From Eledone cirrhosa (Eukaryota): DNA of 64,000 nucleotides. The translations under genes were made by a program, and so were the position numbers. This document shows, one piece after another, positions 40,692 through 55,389 of this stretch. Location: positions 114,700,001 through 114,764,000 of the forward strand of contig OZ024740.1 in the NCBI GenBank assembly GCA_964016885.1, given 5' to 3'. Each line of letters begins with the position of its first letter. Positions within the stretch are counted from its first letter, which is position 1. The notes under the pieces were generated by a model that was not told the origin of the DNA, did not search any database, and worked only from the letters and a program-made list of their open reading frames with translations.

Positions 40692-43600
40692 TTACAGACA
40701 CATACTCAGAGAAGGCCCATTCATTCGGGCCATACTTGCTTTTCTCACCCATCTTTCAACAAAATGCTGGGAAGAGAGCACTTCCCTCTCTACCCTGATT
40801 TTCCTTTTCAAATGAAATTTGAAAAAGTTAATCAGGGCATCACCGAAGAGGTAAGTGCTCGTCTTCAGCCCTTTCAAATGTGTCCACCATACTATCTCTT
40901 TCGCCATGGCCACCAGACAGATAAAAACTGCCTGCCCTTCTCGGCTAAAGGGAGGGGGCGGGGCAATCCTCACGATGGACTCAGCTGATAGCTGGATCGT
41001 CCTACACGTGACAGCAGGTGTTCGACATAAACCCACAAGTCAGCAATGCTCGGACACTGGACGAGTGCGTGCAGGACGGTTTCGTTGCCCTGCGCGCATC
41101 TAGGACATGCCCGGCTGACGGCACCTCCATGCCTGTAGAGTTTATCCCGAACTAGCAAAGCTACCCGGTAGCAATGCCAGGCCAGGGATTTCTCGAAGTT
41201 GTCCATAGGCCCCGGCCCGAAAGTCCTTCCGAATAGATTGGCTAGTTGATTTTCACGACGCCTAGATTTTCTCCAAGTACGTCGTCGCTCTTCCCCTCCA
41301 CTAATCCCCTATAGAACGCCAAATTGGAGTTTCCACCGATCACATTGCCCGATTGGTCGAGCGCTGTGAGCGCCTGAAGACATTCCAGTCTCCAAGCGCT
41401 CCCTCTCGGTCTTCGCTTGACCCAGGACTGCAGCTCCGTCAAGGAGACGAGTTGGGTAAAAACGTGTCTAGCAAACGGCGACCACACCTGATCACCGTCG
41501 AGGAAGAGGTGGAGATGTCGTAGCCTGAGCACGTGTCTGCGCATCATCAGCCACGGCATGCCCATCCCTCCACGTAGCGGGTGTTGACAGCAGATGGACC
41601 GCCTGACAATCGGAGCGCGTCCCTTCCACAAGAAGCGAAAGAGCAAACGCTCCAGCGCAGTCAGGTGGGGCTTAGGACAAGGTACGACGGTCAGGCGGTA
41701 GTAGATGACGGATACGATGTACGCATTGGCCACCTCCTCTCGACCTTTCAGGGATAGCTTCCTCTCGGCCCATTTCTGGGTGAGAGAAGCCACCCTGCTC
41801 GTCACCTCGTCCCAGTTTTTGTCCGTCTGGAGGTCTGTACCGAACCAGACCCCTAGCAATTTAACTAGTCCGTCCGTCCAGCGCCCGACGACGCTGTTGG
41901 ACGGCATGGACCTGCCTCTCCAGGTGCCGAGCTGCAGGCCCACTGACTTTTCCTAGTTGATCATTGCTCCTGTCACCGCTTCGTATTCTCTTAGTGTAGT
42001 GCCGATCGCCTCGATGTGTTTGGCGTTCGACACCACTACGGTGACATCGTCGGCATATGCTGACACGGATCTTCCGCATCCTAGTTCGCACGGGACGCCC
42101 CTCAACGTCTCCAGTTTGTTCAGTAAGGGCTCGAGAGTCAATACGTACAATAGGGACGAGAGGGGACATACTTGGCGGACCGAGTGAATGATGTTGAACG
42201 GTTCCGAAAGGTGACCGTTCACTCTCACTACAGAGCAGATGTCGCTGTGCATGGCAGCGATCCAGCCTCTGAAGACGGGCCCAAAGCCAGCCGCCCTCAG
42301 GACTGCCGCTAGGTAACGATGGTCGACCCTATCGAAGGCTTTCGACTGATCTAAATTGATCAAAGACCCACCCGTGCCAGGTTCCCTAGCTACCCTTTCT
42401 ACGATGTATCGCATGAGGTGGAGGTAGTCGTGGATGGATCTGTCGGGAATGGCGCATGTCTGTGCCTCTCCCACCAGACCACCAACGACAAGCGCCAACC
42501 TCTTTGCTAGCACCTTGGCCAAAATCTTGAACTCTGTGTTTAGCAGTGTTATGGGCCTAAAATTATCTATGTTATCCCCCTTGTTCGGATCCTTTCTCAG
42601 CAGCGCCACCGCTCCTCGGCTCACAGAGCTGGGAATTCTCCCGTTCTGTTGCCAGTTACAGTGGACGTCCGCCAAGAGGCCTCCGAACAAGTCTGGCATT
42701 TGTACGTAAAGTTCATAGGGCAGACGATCCAAACCAGGCGATTTACCCCTTGTGCAGCCAGTCATTGCCTCCCGTACATCAGCGGTTGTTATCGGCTTTT
42801 CGCAACACTCAGCCTCAGTGGCCGAAAGCCGCGGCAGTCCGTCGAGGTAGACACTAAAGTCCATCCCTCGATCCGACCCGCCACTGCCCCCGAACAGTTG
42901 AGCGAAGTGTCGCTGAAAAGCTTCACACATTTGCCCGGGATCGAGTAGCATGCGCCCGTCGTTGTCCACCAAAGACCGGATCGTGGCTTTATTGCCACGA
43001 CACGCCTCCGCCACTGGGGCCTATTGAACGGCTTTCGTCCCCTCGTGTCTGAGAGCACGCACCCTTGCTCTGACAACGCAGCCTTCGTGCTTTGTATTGA
43101 AGAATTGGTCAAGGGCTAATTTCGTCGCAAGTACGTCGGTCGCGATGCCTTTGCTAAGCGCCTCGTCTAATTTTCTAACTAATTCTCCCTCTGCTCTATT
43201 TTTCTCTATTGCTAAAGCCTTACTAAACCTAATGGACTCTATTCTAATTGCTCTTTTCAGAGAAAACCACCACTTGTTGTTGACGATGGCCCCCGTCAAC
43301 GCCCGCTTAACTAGTTCGCTAATCCGGTCTCTGTAGGCCTTGCGCGCTGGTAAGGACGCGTTTAACTTCCAGTAGCCGGGTCCTCGTCTATGAAGCCTAT
43401 CTTAGTCAAGCACACAGATTACGAATTTGTGGTCCGTGTAGCTGACTATCTTGAATTGTGGACAGCCTATGCTAGACTTATCTATTTCCCTACAAAATAC
43501 TCTATTTAGATATGATCTGGATGACCCAATACGATTTGTCCAAGTCCACATTGGTACATTCGGGAAATCCATTCGGTATCTGTCAGACAGTTCAAAACGC

Positions 43601-44099
43601 CTGAGCATGTTGGTGAGACTCTTGCACCCTCCTTCCCTATCCACTAATCCCACACAATCCCAGCGTGCATCTAAGATCCCGTTCCAGTCGCCCACTAACA
43701 CTAAAGATCGGGACGTTCCAAGAAAGGTCTCCAGATGCCGGAAGACATCAGGCCGCCCTGCTCCTGTCGGGGCATAGACGGCCACTAACCTGAAAGTTTG
43801 CTCGTCTCAGCTGGTCAGGTCCAGCACCACCAACTTACCTTCTGTGTCCAGGAAGATAGCCCGTATGGCAAGATCCAAACCTCTCCGAAAAAGCACAGCA
43901 ACTCCTCCCCCGATCCCGGACGGCTGGGAGATGCGTACACATCGTAGCCGCCGAAGATCGGTGCGAAGGCCCGTGCTTCGGAGATTCTGGTCTCGCTGAT
44001 GGCCACTACATCTATGTTTAGTGACCTGAGCAGGTGGCCCTGCTTCCATGACGACCCCAAGCCACGCGCATTTATGCTGCCTATTCTGAGTGAGGTCAT
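40692..44099 (-). pseudogene. ORF2: AP endonuclease, RT and C-terminal Cys motif, disrupted
   Basis: GSINARGL, VAISET, VYAP, LVGDWN, WTW, TDH (APE); GKSPGLD, NFRPITLLN, LDQSKAFDRVDH, AYADD (RT); CPRC..ETVLHALVQC. Confidence 0.93.
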
Positions 44100-44133
44100 G
44101 TTGAAAAGGAGTGGAAAAGATGGGAAAGACCAC

Positions 44134-46117
44134 TTACCTTACTTCTCGTAGGGGAAGGACGGTTTTTCCATCCTTTTCACTGCTTGTGGCCTCCTCAGGA
44201 AGGATGTCCTTATAAATCCTCCTGGAGAGTGCTTGTCGGAAGTCTCCGATGTCTTTGGGGAATTTTTGTTTTAGTGTCATGTACGTTTTCTGTGTGATGC
44301 GAGTGTTTTGTATGTGTGGAGGTGGTGTGAATTTTGGGGTTGTTGTGTAGTCTTTTTCTGTGGTGCTGGTCTTGTGTTGGATGTAGTGTAATAATTGCTT
44401 GTTGTTCAAATTTAATGCTGTGTAGTGTGTATCGTTTTGGTTGTTTTGTTTTGTTTGCGTTTGTTGTGGGTTTGTTTCTGTTTCGCATTTTGGTGACTTT
44501 TGTGGTGTAGGTGATGGTGGTGTTGGGGTTAATGATGGTGATGGTGTTGGTGTTTGGGTTGATGGGGTTGGTGATGCTGGTGTGGATGGTGGCATATCTG
44601 TCCTAACTTTTTTGTTTCTTAATTTATTTGTTTTCCTCTGTATTTTGGAGGGGGAAGGAAGAGAATTTTTTCTTTTTTGGTTTCTTTTTTTTTCCGGATA
44701 CCGTTTCCCACTCCTCGTCGTCACAATCTGTCTCCAGTTGTGATAGGCCGGGGAGTGGAAAGTCCTCCACAGGCGTTAGTTTTGGTTGTGGTGTGGTGGA
44801 TGGTGTAGGCGCTGGTGCTAGTTCTGAAGCGTTGGGTGGTGGTGGTGTTAGTTTTGCTGGTGGTGGTGGTGTTGGTTTTGCTACTGTTGCTGGGGTTGTT
44901 GCTGTTATAGTTGCTTCTGTTGTTGCTGCTACATTTGTTGCTGCCATCTCTGCTACTGGTGGTGTTGTTGGTTGTGTCACTGGGGTGGGTAGGAGAGGTG
45001 GCCTCAACCTTTTAGCCTCAGGGCAGAAAGCCCTTAGGTGGGTTCCTTCACCACAACGACACACCTAGGCCTTCTGCCCTCGACAATTACGGTGAGGTGG
45101 CTGCCGTCAGTGAGGTCTATTACCTCTGGGATCTCCTCAATGCTTTTTTGGTCCGCTTGGATCAGGAGCTCCATCCCAGATCCGGACCAGTTCTCCTGCT
45201 TTTCTTTTGCTATTGCTATTATTTTATTTTTGTGTTGGCTTCGATGCCGGCGAGGACGGCCGCTATTAGCCAGGGAATTTCGATGGCCGGTGGAACGTGG
45301 GTCACCCTGATCTTTACCAGTCTCTGGCCACAATAGCTTGGGACGAATGTGAAGTCGTCACTTCTTAATGGGGACATGGAGTGTTCTCTAGCCTCCTCTG
45401 GTGTTTCAAAGAACACGTCCACGGTTCCATACTTCTGCCTACGTCTGATGTGGGTTTTTCTTGCCCACACATGTCCCAAAGCTTTTTGGATTTCGGACTC
45501 GGATGCCCGTTCCACTCGGCGCGATTTTACATTTATTGTTCGATACGACACGGTGCATAGGCGCCGATACTCCATTTTATTAGGTGGGGGAGGGGGCTGA
45601 CCCTGTATCCATCTTTCTCTACCATTTGTTTTGCATTTTCTAAATCCTCCTGAGTTACCGTAAATGCTTCGAACTGTTTTGCTACTCTGGCAAAACTGAG
45701 CGTGGTTTTTTTAATGTCATTGTTGTTGTTGTTGCTATCGTTATTTTTGTTATTATTAATTTTTGTTTCAGTTGTGGTGGTGGTGACGTCAGTGAAAGTA
45801 GGTTTGGGAGAGTCTATTTTGGTTGAAAATATTTCGACATCACGAGTTGATTTATTTTTTCCTTTTGTTTCTGTTGTCGCGGTGATGGTGGGGGTGGTGG
45901 TTGTCACGGTGGTGGTGGTGGTGGTGGTGGCTTTAACACCTGCTGTCATTGGTAATGGCGGGAAATGAATGTCTGCCTGAGACAAATTTAAAATACTACT
46001 AGTGCTTAAATTATTTGTGTTGGAAGACGTATAATCATTTACAATGGTGGTGTCGGTGTGAGGTGTTAATTTGTGAGAAAAGCTTTCAGCTGCTTGGTGC
46101 AGTGGTAAATTACCCAT
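44134..46117 (-). pseudogene. ORF1 (gag-like CCHC knuckle, Pro/Thr-rich), frameshifted
   Basis: VIVEGRRPRC..CRCGEGTHLRAFCP; ends 35 nt before the ORF2 ATG. Confidence 0.8.
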
Positions 46118-46327
46118 CTTTTTTTCAAAGAAATTTTTGGATAATCATAAAAGTTTAAATTTTGGGCACAAGGCCCCAATCTTTTTGGGTGTCCTTTTCG
46201 GAAAACAATGTATGTGCGCTTATATATAGTTAACAATAAAAATTTTCCATAAATGGCAATTTTTAACAAACGGAAATAACAAACCTTTGCGGAGCTCACG
46301 ATGGTACGATTTACTACGTAGGTCGCC

Positions 46328-46365
<38 letters not shown>

Positions 46366-46366
46366 A

Positions 46367-46426
<60 letters not shown>

Positions 46427-46427
<1 letters not shown>

Positions 46428-46851
46428 GGGTATGCCTGCTAATTGATATGTCTGTTCCAATAGACAAGAATGTATCTATAAAAACATTTGAAAAATTGAA
46501 CAAGTATAAGGACCTGGAGATAGAAATTGGAAAAATGTGGAAATTGAGAACTAAAACAATACTAGTGGTTGTAGGCGCCCTGGGAATGATACCTAAGGGG
46601 TCTATTGATTACTTATCGCAAATCCCAGGAAACCCGCGTATAGGAGAAATACAAAAGATAGTACTAATGGGAACTGCCCATATACTAAGGAAGAGTCTGT
46701 CAATATAAGTACATCACAAGTCTAAACACTAAAGATGCATGTGTGAGTATGTATGTTCTTTCTTGAACATGGCGGACCTTGTTGTCTCTTGAGGTCACTG
46801 GTTGTGACTTGGTGATAACTCGTATGAACATAAAGCAAGATAAATGCAACT

Positions 46852-46852
<1 letters not shown>
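46427..46852 (+). mobile_element. Family A 3' fragment (RLE C-terminus plus 3' UTR) between (TAA)n tracts
   Basis: Highly similar but not identical to ~39992-40420. Confidence 0.93.
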
Positions 46853-46886
<34 letters not shown>

Positions 46887-48895
46887 TGGAAACAGTGGAA
46901 ACTGTTGACGAGCATTGTGTCTGAGGAAATCTACCATCACCTCCACACAAACAACTTGTTACCGGACGAACAGAAAGGATGCCGAAAGAAGTCACGTGGT
47001 ACAAAGGACCAGTTACTTATTGATAAGATGGTAATGGGGAATTGCAGGAGGAGACACACTGATCTTGCCATGGGATGGATAGACTACAGAAAGGCATTTG
47101 ACATGGTGCCTCATTCTTGGATCACCAAAAGCCTGGAGATCTTCAGGGTGGCAGATAACATCAGACAGTTGCTGGGCAGGAGTATGGGGTCCTGGGAGAC
47201 AGAGTTGACATCAACTGGAGTATCCTTGGGAAGCGTGAAGATCAAGAGAGGTATCTTCCAGGGAGATAGCCTGTCCCCTCTGTTGTTTGTCCTTGCCCTG
47301 ATGCCCTTGACCATTATGCTGCGAAAAGTGAGAGCAGGATACAAGTTGGGAAAGGGAGAGCTTACCATCAATCACCTCCTCTTCATGGACGATCTTAAGC
47401 TCTTCGGGAAAAGTGAGAAGGAGTTGGATGTGCTTGTTGACACTGTCCGTAATTTCAGCAGTGATATATGTATGCAGTTTGGTATTAGTAAATGTGGAGT
47501 CATTGTGATGAGGAGGGGTAGGTTGAGCAGAAGTAACGGGATCCAGATACCAACAGGTGAGATGATAAAGGAAATTGACTCTGAGGAAGGATACAAGTAT
47601 TTGGGCGTTCTGGAGGCTGATGGCATAAAGAACAAAAAAATGAAGGAATTGTTAAGGACTGAATACATTCGGAGAGTAAGGAGTGTATTAAAGTCACATC
47701 TGAACAGCAGAAATGCCATAAACGCAGTAAATTCCCGAGCTGTGTCTATTATTAGGTACAGTGCGGGAATTCTGAGATGGAATGTTGCTGAACAAAAAGA
47801 AATGGATAGGAAGACTAGGAAGCTATTGACTATCTACAACATGTTCCACAAGAGGAGTGATGTTGATAGACTCTACCTAAGGAGATCTGAGGGTGGAAGT
47901 GGTCTTATCAGCATAGAGGACTGTGTTCAGATGGAGAAAAACAACCTATACAAATACGTGACCTATAGTAAGGAGCCAATGCTCAGAACTGTACTGAAGG
48001 AGGGGACAGTAAGCCAGGTGATGTCCAAGGAGGAAATAACATCAAGGAGGAAGAGCAGCCTTAAGGGAAAATCCCTTCATAGTACCTTCTTTGAGAAAAC
48101 TGAATTTAGAGATCCACAGACATGGAACTGGTTGAGAAGAGGAGACCTCAAAAAGGCTACAGAAGGAATGCTGATGGCTGCGCAGGAGCAGGCCCTCAAA
48201 ACGAAGTGGTTGAAGCACCATATTTACAAGGAGGAGGCTAGCCCAATGTGCAGGATCTGTGGAGAGAGAAAGAGACTGTGTCTCACATTGTGTCCGAGTG
48301 TAAACACCTAGCCCAGACCCACTATAAGGGCTGGAGACACGATGTGATGGGCAGGGTGATCCACTGGCACCTGTGCAAAGTAAACAATTTACCACATTCT
48401 GAGAAATGTTATGAGCATAGGCCAGAGGCGGTGATGGAGAACAATCAGGTGAAGGTGCTGTTGGATTTTAGGATACAGACGGACAAAAAACTGGAACACA
48501 ATAGACCTGACCTGGTGGTTGTGGACAAAGAAAAAAGATCGTGTCTGATTGTGGATGTGGCCTGCCATTTCGACACGAGAGTGCAGGAGAAGGAGAGGGA
48601 GAAAATTAACCGATACCAGGACCTAAAGTGGGAGGTGAAAAGGATTTGGAACTGCCATGAGGTAAAAGTGATCCCGATTGTCATAGGCGCACTGGGGACT
48701 ATCTCCAAAAGTTTCCAGGGATGGTTAAAGAAAATCGGCCCCTTCACGCTTTTTGGAACGCTTCAAAAGGCATGCTTGCTTGGAACAGCAAGAACCCTCC
48801 GATACGTCCTGAATATCTGAGGCTGCAGGTAGTGGCTTGATATTCATTCCAACGGACTTTTCAGTTAACCAACATCAATGACTGAGATTCAAGGA
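46887..48895 (+). mobile_element. R4/Dong-like family B copy 1, 5'-truncated; frameshift near 48270
   Basis: [42 protein letters not shown]; followed by (TAA)n(GAA)n. Confidence 0.93.
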
Positions 48896-48903
48896 ATAAC
48901 AAC

Positions 48904-49008
<105 letters not shown>

Positions 49009-49059
49009 AAGAAGAAGAAGAAGAAGAAGAAGAAGAAGAAGAAGAAGAAGAAGAAGAAG

Positions 49060-52000
49060 ACGCACGAGGTGACGGAGGTCATGAAATCGCTCCCGTAAGT
49101 TTTGAATTTTTAACATATTTAAATCATGTGTGAAATAACAACTCATTGTACAAATGCTACGTAAAGCACCCGGCTTGAGCCCAAAAAAATTCGGACCCAA
49201 AATATATTGTTATAAGGCTCAAATATTCAAATATTCAACTTTGTATTGTACACTGTATATCCAAAAAAGAAAATGGCTATAAATGGAAGAAGAACCCCCC
49301 CCCCCCTCTCCTCCGTCTACACTATATAGGACAGCCAAACTCACCAACACCAGAAACTAGATACACCACCCACCCCATCATCTGTGTACACTAAACACAA
49401 CAGCCAGATAACGGCATTTTCACCTTCACCACCACCGCTCACTACGGCCATCATTACCACCACTATCCCATCACCGCCGCCACCACCCCTTCACTCCTTC
49501 ACTGCTGCCACCGCTACAGCACCATCACTACAGTAATACGGTCACATCACCGCCACCACTGCCTCGGTATCGACATCACCACCACCACTGTCTCAGTATC
49601 GCTACCGCCGCCAGTCTCCCACTTCTCCCTGCTGGCTGCTACTTCCACATTATAGAATTCCTACTACTAACAAAGAGGAAGGCATCAAAATATATAGATA
49701 GACTCAAAAGAAAAAAGAAAAAACAAACAACAAAACCAAAGCAGCACAGCAACAACAGCAAAAACGAGAAAAACAAACAGAGAAAAACAAAAACAAAAAA
49801 AGAAACCCCAAAAACGTAAAGAAAATAAGAATGAAGAGAGAAGCAGGCGGACGGACAGAGAAGAGGGGGGAAAAACTAAAACTTAAAAACAAAAACTAAG
49901 TCAGACATTCGAACACTACATTACAATGAAACTTATGCTTATTCATTTGTGGGGCCCTTTCTGCCTGTGTGTTTGTTTGTTTATGTGTGTTCGTATACAG
50001 CGTGGTGATAATGCCACACAAGGGCCAAGTGGGATGGCGGATCCACAGATGGCTATGTAACCATACATTCGCCAATCCTCGATAACAGTGTTTAAATATC
50101 GAACATAAACAGCTCGAATAACGGTGAAATGGAGACTAGAACGTCATGTGACAGACTCTCACCCAACAGGTGCCCCCTGGCTCAGCAGCAGGAACCTGAC
50201 TGTCAACCAAATACTGCTGATGTTGGAGGAAGAAGAAGAAGGAAAGGGGCCAGAACCAACTGGACGAAAGAATTGAATAGAACTGTTATGCAATGCTACC
50301 TGAAAAGTAACCCCAAGGAGAGGGGCTACATGAGACGGATGCATAACATCTGGAACGAGATTGGTTTATTTAAATTAGATGAACAAAAATTGGCCGGGCA
50401 GGCTCGGGTAATAAGAACTAACGGGTGGATAAGCGAGCTGGAACTGGAGGAACTGAGCAGAGAGAATGGCTTGGAGATGGCGGGTGTAGTATGCCAGACA
50501 AGCGAGCCAGTGGGAAATTAAGGTGAAGAGGTCCTGAGAACGGAGGAACCACCCGAAGCAGACAATGATCTGAATACTGAGATAAATAATACCTGGAACA
50601 GAGATACGGCCACTGAGGAGATGAATGCTGACGGGCTAGGACAAGATTCGGTTGACATCCTAAATTTAGTGGTAGATGAATTGAACAATGATAGTGGGAG
50701 ACCTATGAACCTAAGATTTGTAGACAGGAAAAAGTTAAAAGAAACAACAGCTAAGGTAATCAAAGTCATCCCATACCTTGAGGCGAGGAGCCTTCACCAG
50801 TGCAACAATATCCTCAAAGCAACAGCAAATACGGTGAGGAAACTACTTGGTATAAAAGCGAGAGGAAACAACAGACAAGAAAGAGCAGAGCCGTGGTGGA
50901 AGAAGCGACTGAGTGGGCAAATCGGGGAAATGAGAAATGACATAGGAAAGCTTGAGTCACTACTGAATGGGACACTAAAAAACATAGGCACTAAAAATAG
51001 ACTGGAAATAAAATACAAAACTAGGAGTAAAAAGCTAAATATTATCATAGAGGAATTGAAGCAACGCATTGTAGCAAAGAGTGCAAAAATCAGGCGATAC
51101 GAGAACAGAGTCAGTCAGTATAAACAGAACCGCATGTTCGACAACAACCTGAAGATGCTGTTTGGACAGCTTGAGGGCAAAGAAAGAGGCAACGACTTGA
51201 TCCCTGGGGCGGAACAAACTAAAACATTCTGGAGAGGAATATGGGAGCAGGATGTTAGACATAATGCCCAGGCAGGGTGGATTGAGACAGTACAGAGGGA
51301 GATCGGTGAGCAGGCACAACAACAAACTGATTTGAGTATCACAGTTGAAACTCTTAAGGGGCAGGCCAAAAAACTAACCAACTGGAAATCACCAGGCCCA
51401 GATGGTGTGCAGGGGTATTGGATTAAACATTTAACATCCCTCCACCCGAAGCTGACGGCCATGTTCAATGACTGCTTGGTGTCGGGTGAGGTGCCAGAGT
51501 GGTTGACAAAAGGTACCACAGTTCTGATAATGAAAGACCGAATCAAGGGTAATGATGTTACCAACTATAGACCTATCACATGTCTGTCCGTAATGTGGAA
51601 ACTGTTGACGAGCATTGTGTCTGAGGAAATCTACCATCACCTCCACACAAACAACTTGTTACCGGACGAACAGAAAGGATGCCGAAAGAAGTCACGTGGT
51701 ACAAAGGACCAGTTACTTATTGATAAACTGGTAATGGGGAATTGCAGGAGGAGACACACTGATCTTGCCATGGGATGGATAGACTACAGAAAGGCATTTG
51801 ACATGGTGCCTCATTCTTGGATCACCAAAAGCCTGGAGATCTTCAGGGTGGCAGATAACATCAGACTGCTGCTGGGCAGGAGTATGGGGTCCTGGGAGAC
51901 AGAGTTGACATCAACTGGAGTATCCTTGGGAAGCGTGAAGATCAAGATAGGTATCTTCTAGGGAGATAGCCTGTCCCCTCTGTTGTTTGTCCTTGCCCTA

Positions 52001-53596
52001 ATGCCCTTGACCATTATGCTGCGAAAAGTGAGAGCAGGATACAAGTTGGGAAGGGGAGAGCTTACCATCAATCACCTCCTCTTCATGGACGATCTTAAGC
52101 TCTTCGGGAAAAGTGAGAAGGAGTTGGATGTGCTTGTTGACACTGTCCGTATTTTCAGCAGTGATATATGTATGCAGTTTGGTATTGGTAAATGTGGAGT
52201 CATTGTGATGAGGAGGGGTAGGTTGAGCAGAAGTAGCGGGATCCAGATACCAACAGGTGAGATGATAAAGGAAATTGACTCTGAGGAAGGATACAAGTAT
52301 TTGGGCGTTCTGGAGGCTGATGGCATAAAGAACAAAAAAATGAAGGAATTGTTAAGAACTTAATACATTCGGAGAGTAAGGAGCGTATTGAAGTCACATC
52401 TGAACAGCTGAAATGCCATAAGCGCAGTAAATTCCCGAGCTGTGTCTATTATTAGGTACAGTGCGGGAATTCTGAGATGGAATGTTGCTGAACAAAAAGA
52501 AATGGATAGGAAGACTAGGAAGCTATTGACTATCTACAACATGTTCCACAAGAGGAGTGATGCCGATAGACTCTACCTAAGGAGATCTGAGGGTGGAAGA
52601 GGTCTTATCAGCATAGAGGACTGTGTTCAGATGGAGAAAAACAACCTATACAAATACGTGACCTATAGTAAGGAGCCAATGCTCAGAGCTGTACTGAAGG
52701 AGGGGACAGTAGGCCAGGGGATGTCCAAGGAGGAAATAACATCAAGGAGGAAGAGCAGCCTTAAGGGAAAATCCCTTCATAGTACCTTCTTTGAGAAAAC
52801 TGAATTTAGAGATCCACAGACATGGAACTGGTTGAGAAGAGGAGACCTCAAAAAGGCTACAGAAGGAATGATAATGGCTGCGCAGGAGCAGGCCCTCAAA
52901 ACGAAGTGCTTGAAGCACCATATTTACAAGGAGGAGTCTAGCCCGCTGTGCAGGATCTGTGGAGAGAGAGAGGAGACTGTGGCTCACATTGTGTCCGAGT
53001 GTAAACACCTAGCCCAGACCCACTATAAGGGCTGGAGACACGATGTGATGGGCAGGGTGATCCACTGGCACCTGTGCAAAGTAAACAATTTACCACATTC
53101 TGAGAAATGGTATGAGCATAAGCCGGAGGCGGTGATGGAGAACAATCAGGTGAAGGTGCTGTGGGATTTTAGAATACAGACGGACAAAAAACTGGAACAC
53201 AATAGACCTGACCTGGTGGTTGTGGACAAAGAAAAAAGATCGTGTCTGATTGTGGAGGTGGCCTGCCCGTTCGACACGAGACTGCAAGAGAAGGAGAGGG
53301 AGAAAATTAACCGATACCAGGACCTAAAGTGGGAGGTGAAAAGGATTTGGAACTGCCATGAAGTCAAAGTGATCCCGATTGTCATAGGCGCACTGGGGAC
53401 TATCTCCAAAAGTTTCCAGGGATGGTTAAAGAAAATCGGCCCCTTCACGCTTTTTGGAACGCTTCAAAAGGCATGCTTGCTTGGAACAGCAAGAACCCTC
53501 CGATACGTCCTGAATATCTGAGGCTGCAGGTAGTGGCTTGATATTCATTCCAACGGACTTAACAGTTAACCAACATCAATGACTGAGATTCAAGGA
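49060..53596 (+). mobile_element. Family B copy 2 with ~1 kb upstream segment
   Basis: Repeats the same upstream segment, ORF, 3' UTR and (TAA)n tail as copy 3. Confidence 0.92.
50129..53521 (+). pseudogene. Family B ORF (N-terminal domain, RT, CCHC, RLE) with four in-frame stops
   Basis: Single frame with stops at 50519, 51959, 52361 and 52409. Confidence 0.93.
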
Positions 53597-53604
53597 ATAA
53601 CAAC

Positions 53605-53653
<49 letters not shown>

Positions 53654-53817
53654 GTAATAATAATAATAAGGGAAGAAGACGCACGAGGTGACGGAGGTCA
53701 TGAAATCGCTCCCGTAAGTTTTGAATTTTTAACATATTTAAACCATTTGTGAAATAACAACTCTTAGCACAAATGCTACGTAAAGCACCCGGCTTGAGCC
53801 CCAAAAAATTCGGACCC

Positions 53818-55087
53818 AAAATATATTGTTATAAGGCTCAAATATTCAAATATTCAACTTTGTATTGTACACTGTATATCCAAAAAAAAAAAAAAATGGC
53901 TATAAATGGAAGAAGAACCCCTCCCCTCCTCTCCTCTGGCTACACTATATAGGACAGCTAAACTCACCAACACCAGAAACTAGATACACCACCCACCCCA
54001 TCATCTGTGTACACTAAACACAACAGCCAGATAACGACACATTTTCACCTTCACCGCCACCGCTCACTACGGCCATCATTACCACCACTATCCCATCACC
54101 GCCGCCACCACCCCTTGACTCCGCTACAGCACCATCACTACAGTAATACGGTCACATCACCGCCACCACTGCCTCGCTATCGACATCACCACCACCACTG
54201 TCTCAGTATCGCTAACGCCGCCAGTCTCCCACTTCCCTGCTCGCTGCCACTTCCACATTATAGAATTCCTACTACTAACAAAGAGGAAGGCATCAAAATA
54301 TATAGATAGACCCAAAAGAAAAAAGAAAAAAGAAACAACAAAACCAAAGCAGCACAGCAACAACAGCAAAAAACGAGAAAAACAAACAGAGAAAAACAAA
54401 AACAAAAAAAAGAAACCCCAAAAACGTAAAGAAAATATATTGTTATAAGGCTCAAAACGTAAAGAAAATATATTGTTATAAGGCTCAAATATTCAAATAT
54501 TCAACTTTGTATTGTACACTGTATATCCAAAAAAAAAAAAAAAAATGGCTATAAATGGAAGAAGAACCCCTCCCCTGCTCTCCTCTGGCTACACTATATA
54601 GGACAGCTAAACTCACCAACACCAGAAACTAGATACACCACCCACTCCATCATCTGTGTACACTAAACACAACAGCCAGATAACGACACATTTTCACCTT
54701 CACCGCCACCGCTCACTACGGCCATCATTACCACCACTATCCCATCACCGCCGCCACCACCCCTTGACTCCGCTACAGCACCATCACTACAGTAATACGG
54801 TCACATCACCGCCACCACTGCCTCGGTATCGACATCACCACCACCACTGTCTCAGTATCGCTAACGCCGCCAGTCTCCCACTTCCCTGCTGGCTGCTACT
54901 TCCACATTATAGAATTCCTACTACTAAAAAAGAGGAAGGCATCAAAATATATAGATAGACCCAAAAGAAAAAAGAAAAAAACAAACAACAAAACCAAAGC
55001 AGCACAGCAACAACAGCAAAAAACGAGAAAAACAAACAGAGAAAAACAAAAACAAAAAAAAGAAACCCCCAAAACGTAAAGAAAATA
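53818..55087. repeat. Tandem duplication (period 649 bp) in the upstream segment of copy 3
   Basis: Near-identical pseudo-ORFs start at 54007 and 54656, with an extra ~32 bp junction duplication. Confidence 0.92.
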
Positions 55088-55389
55088 AGAATGAAGAGAG
55101 AAGCAGGCGGACGGACAGAGAAGAGGGGGGAAAAAGTAAAACTTAAAAAACTAAAACTAAGTCAGACATTCGAACACTACATTACAATGAAACTAATGCT
55201 TATTCATTTCTGGGGCCCTTTCTGCCTGTGTGTTTGTTTGTTTATGTGTGTTCGTATACAGCGTGGTGATAATGCCACACAAGGGCCAAGTGGGATGGCG
55301 GATCCACAGATGGCTATGTAAACATACATTCGCCAATCCTCGATAAGAGTGTTTAAATATCGAACATAAACAGTTCGAATAACGGTGAA

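Larger units (their letters stand above)
40449..46327 (-). mobile_element. Apparently full-length (5.9 kb) Tx1-like L1-clade element inserted in the (TAA)n tail of family A
   Basis: ORF1 plus ORF2, AATAAA at the 3' end, (TAA)n on both sides. Confidence 0.92.

Noticed and set aside
39992-46852. Family A 3' ends on both sides of the Tx1-like element as a giant target-site duplication
   Set aside because: The copies differ by several substitutions and a 3 nt indel, and each is bounded by its own (TAA)n, which fits independent insertions.
54007-54958. Duplicated His/Pro-rich 100 aa ORFs
   Set aside because: CAC/CCG low-complexity sequence with a GTG start; the frame is not kept in the leaders of copies 2 and 4.
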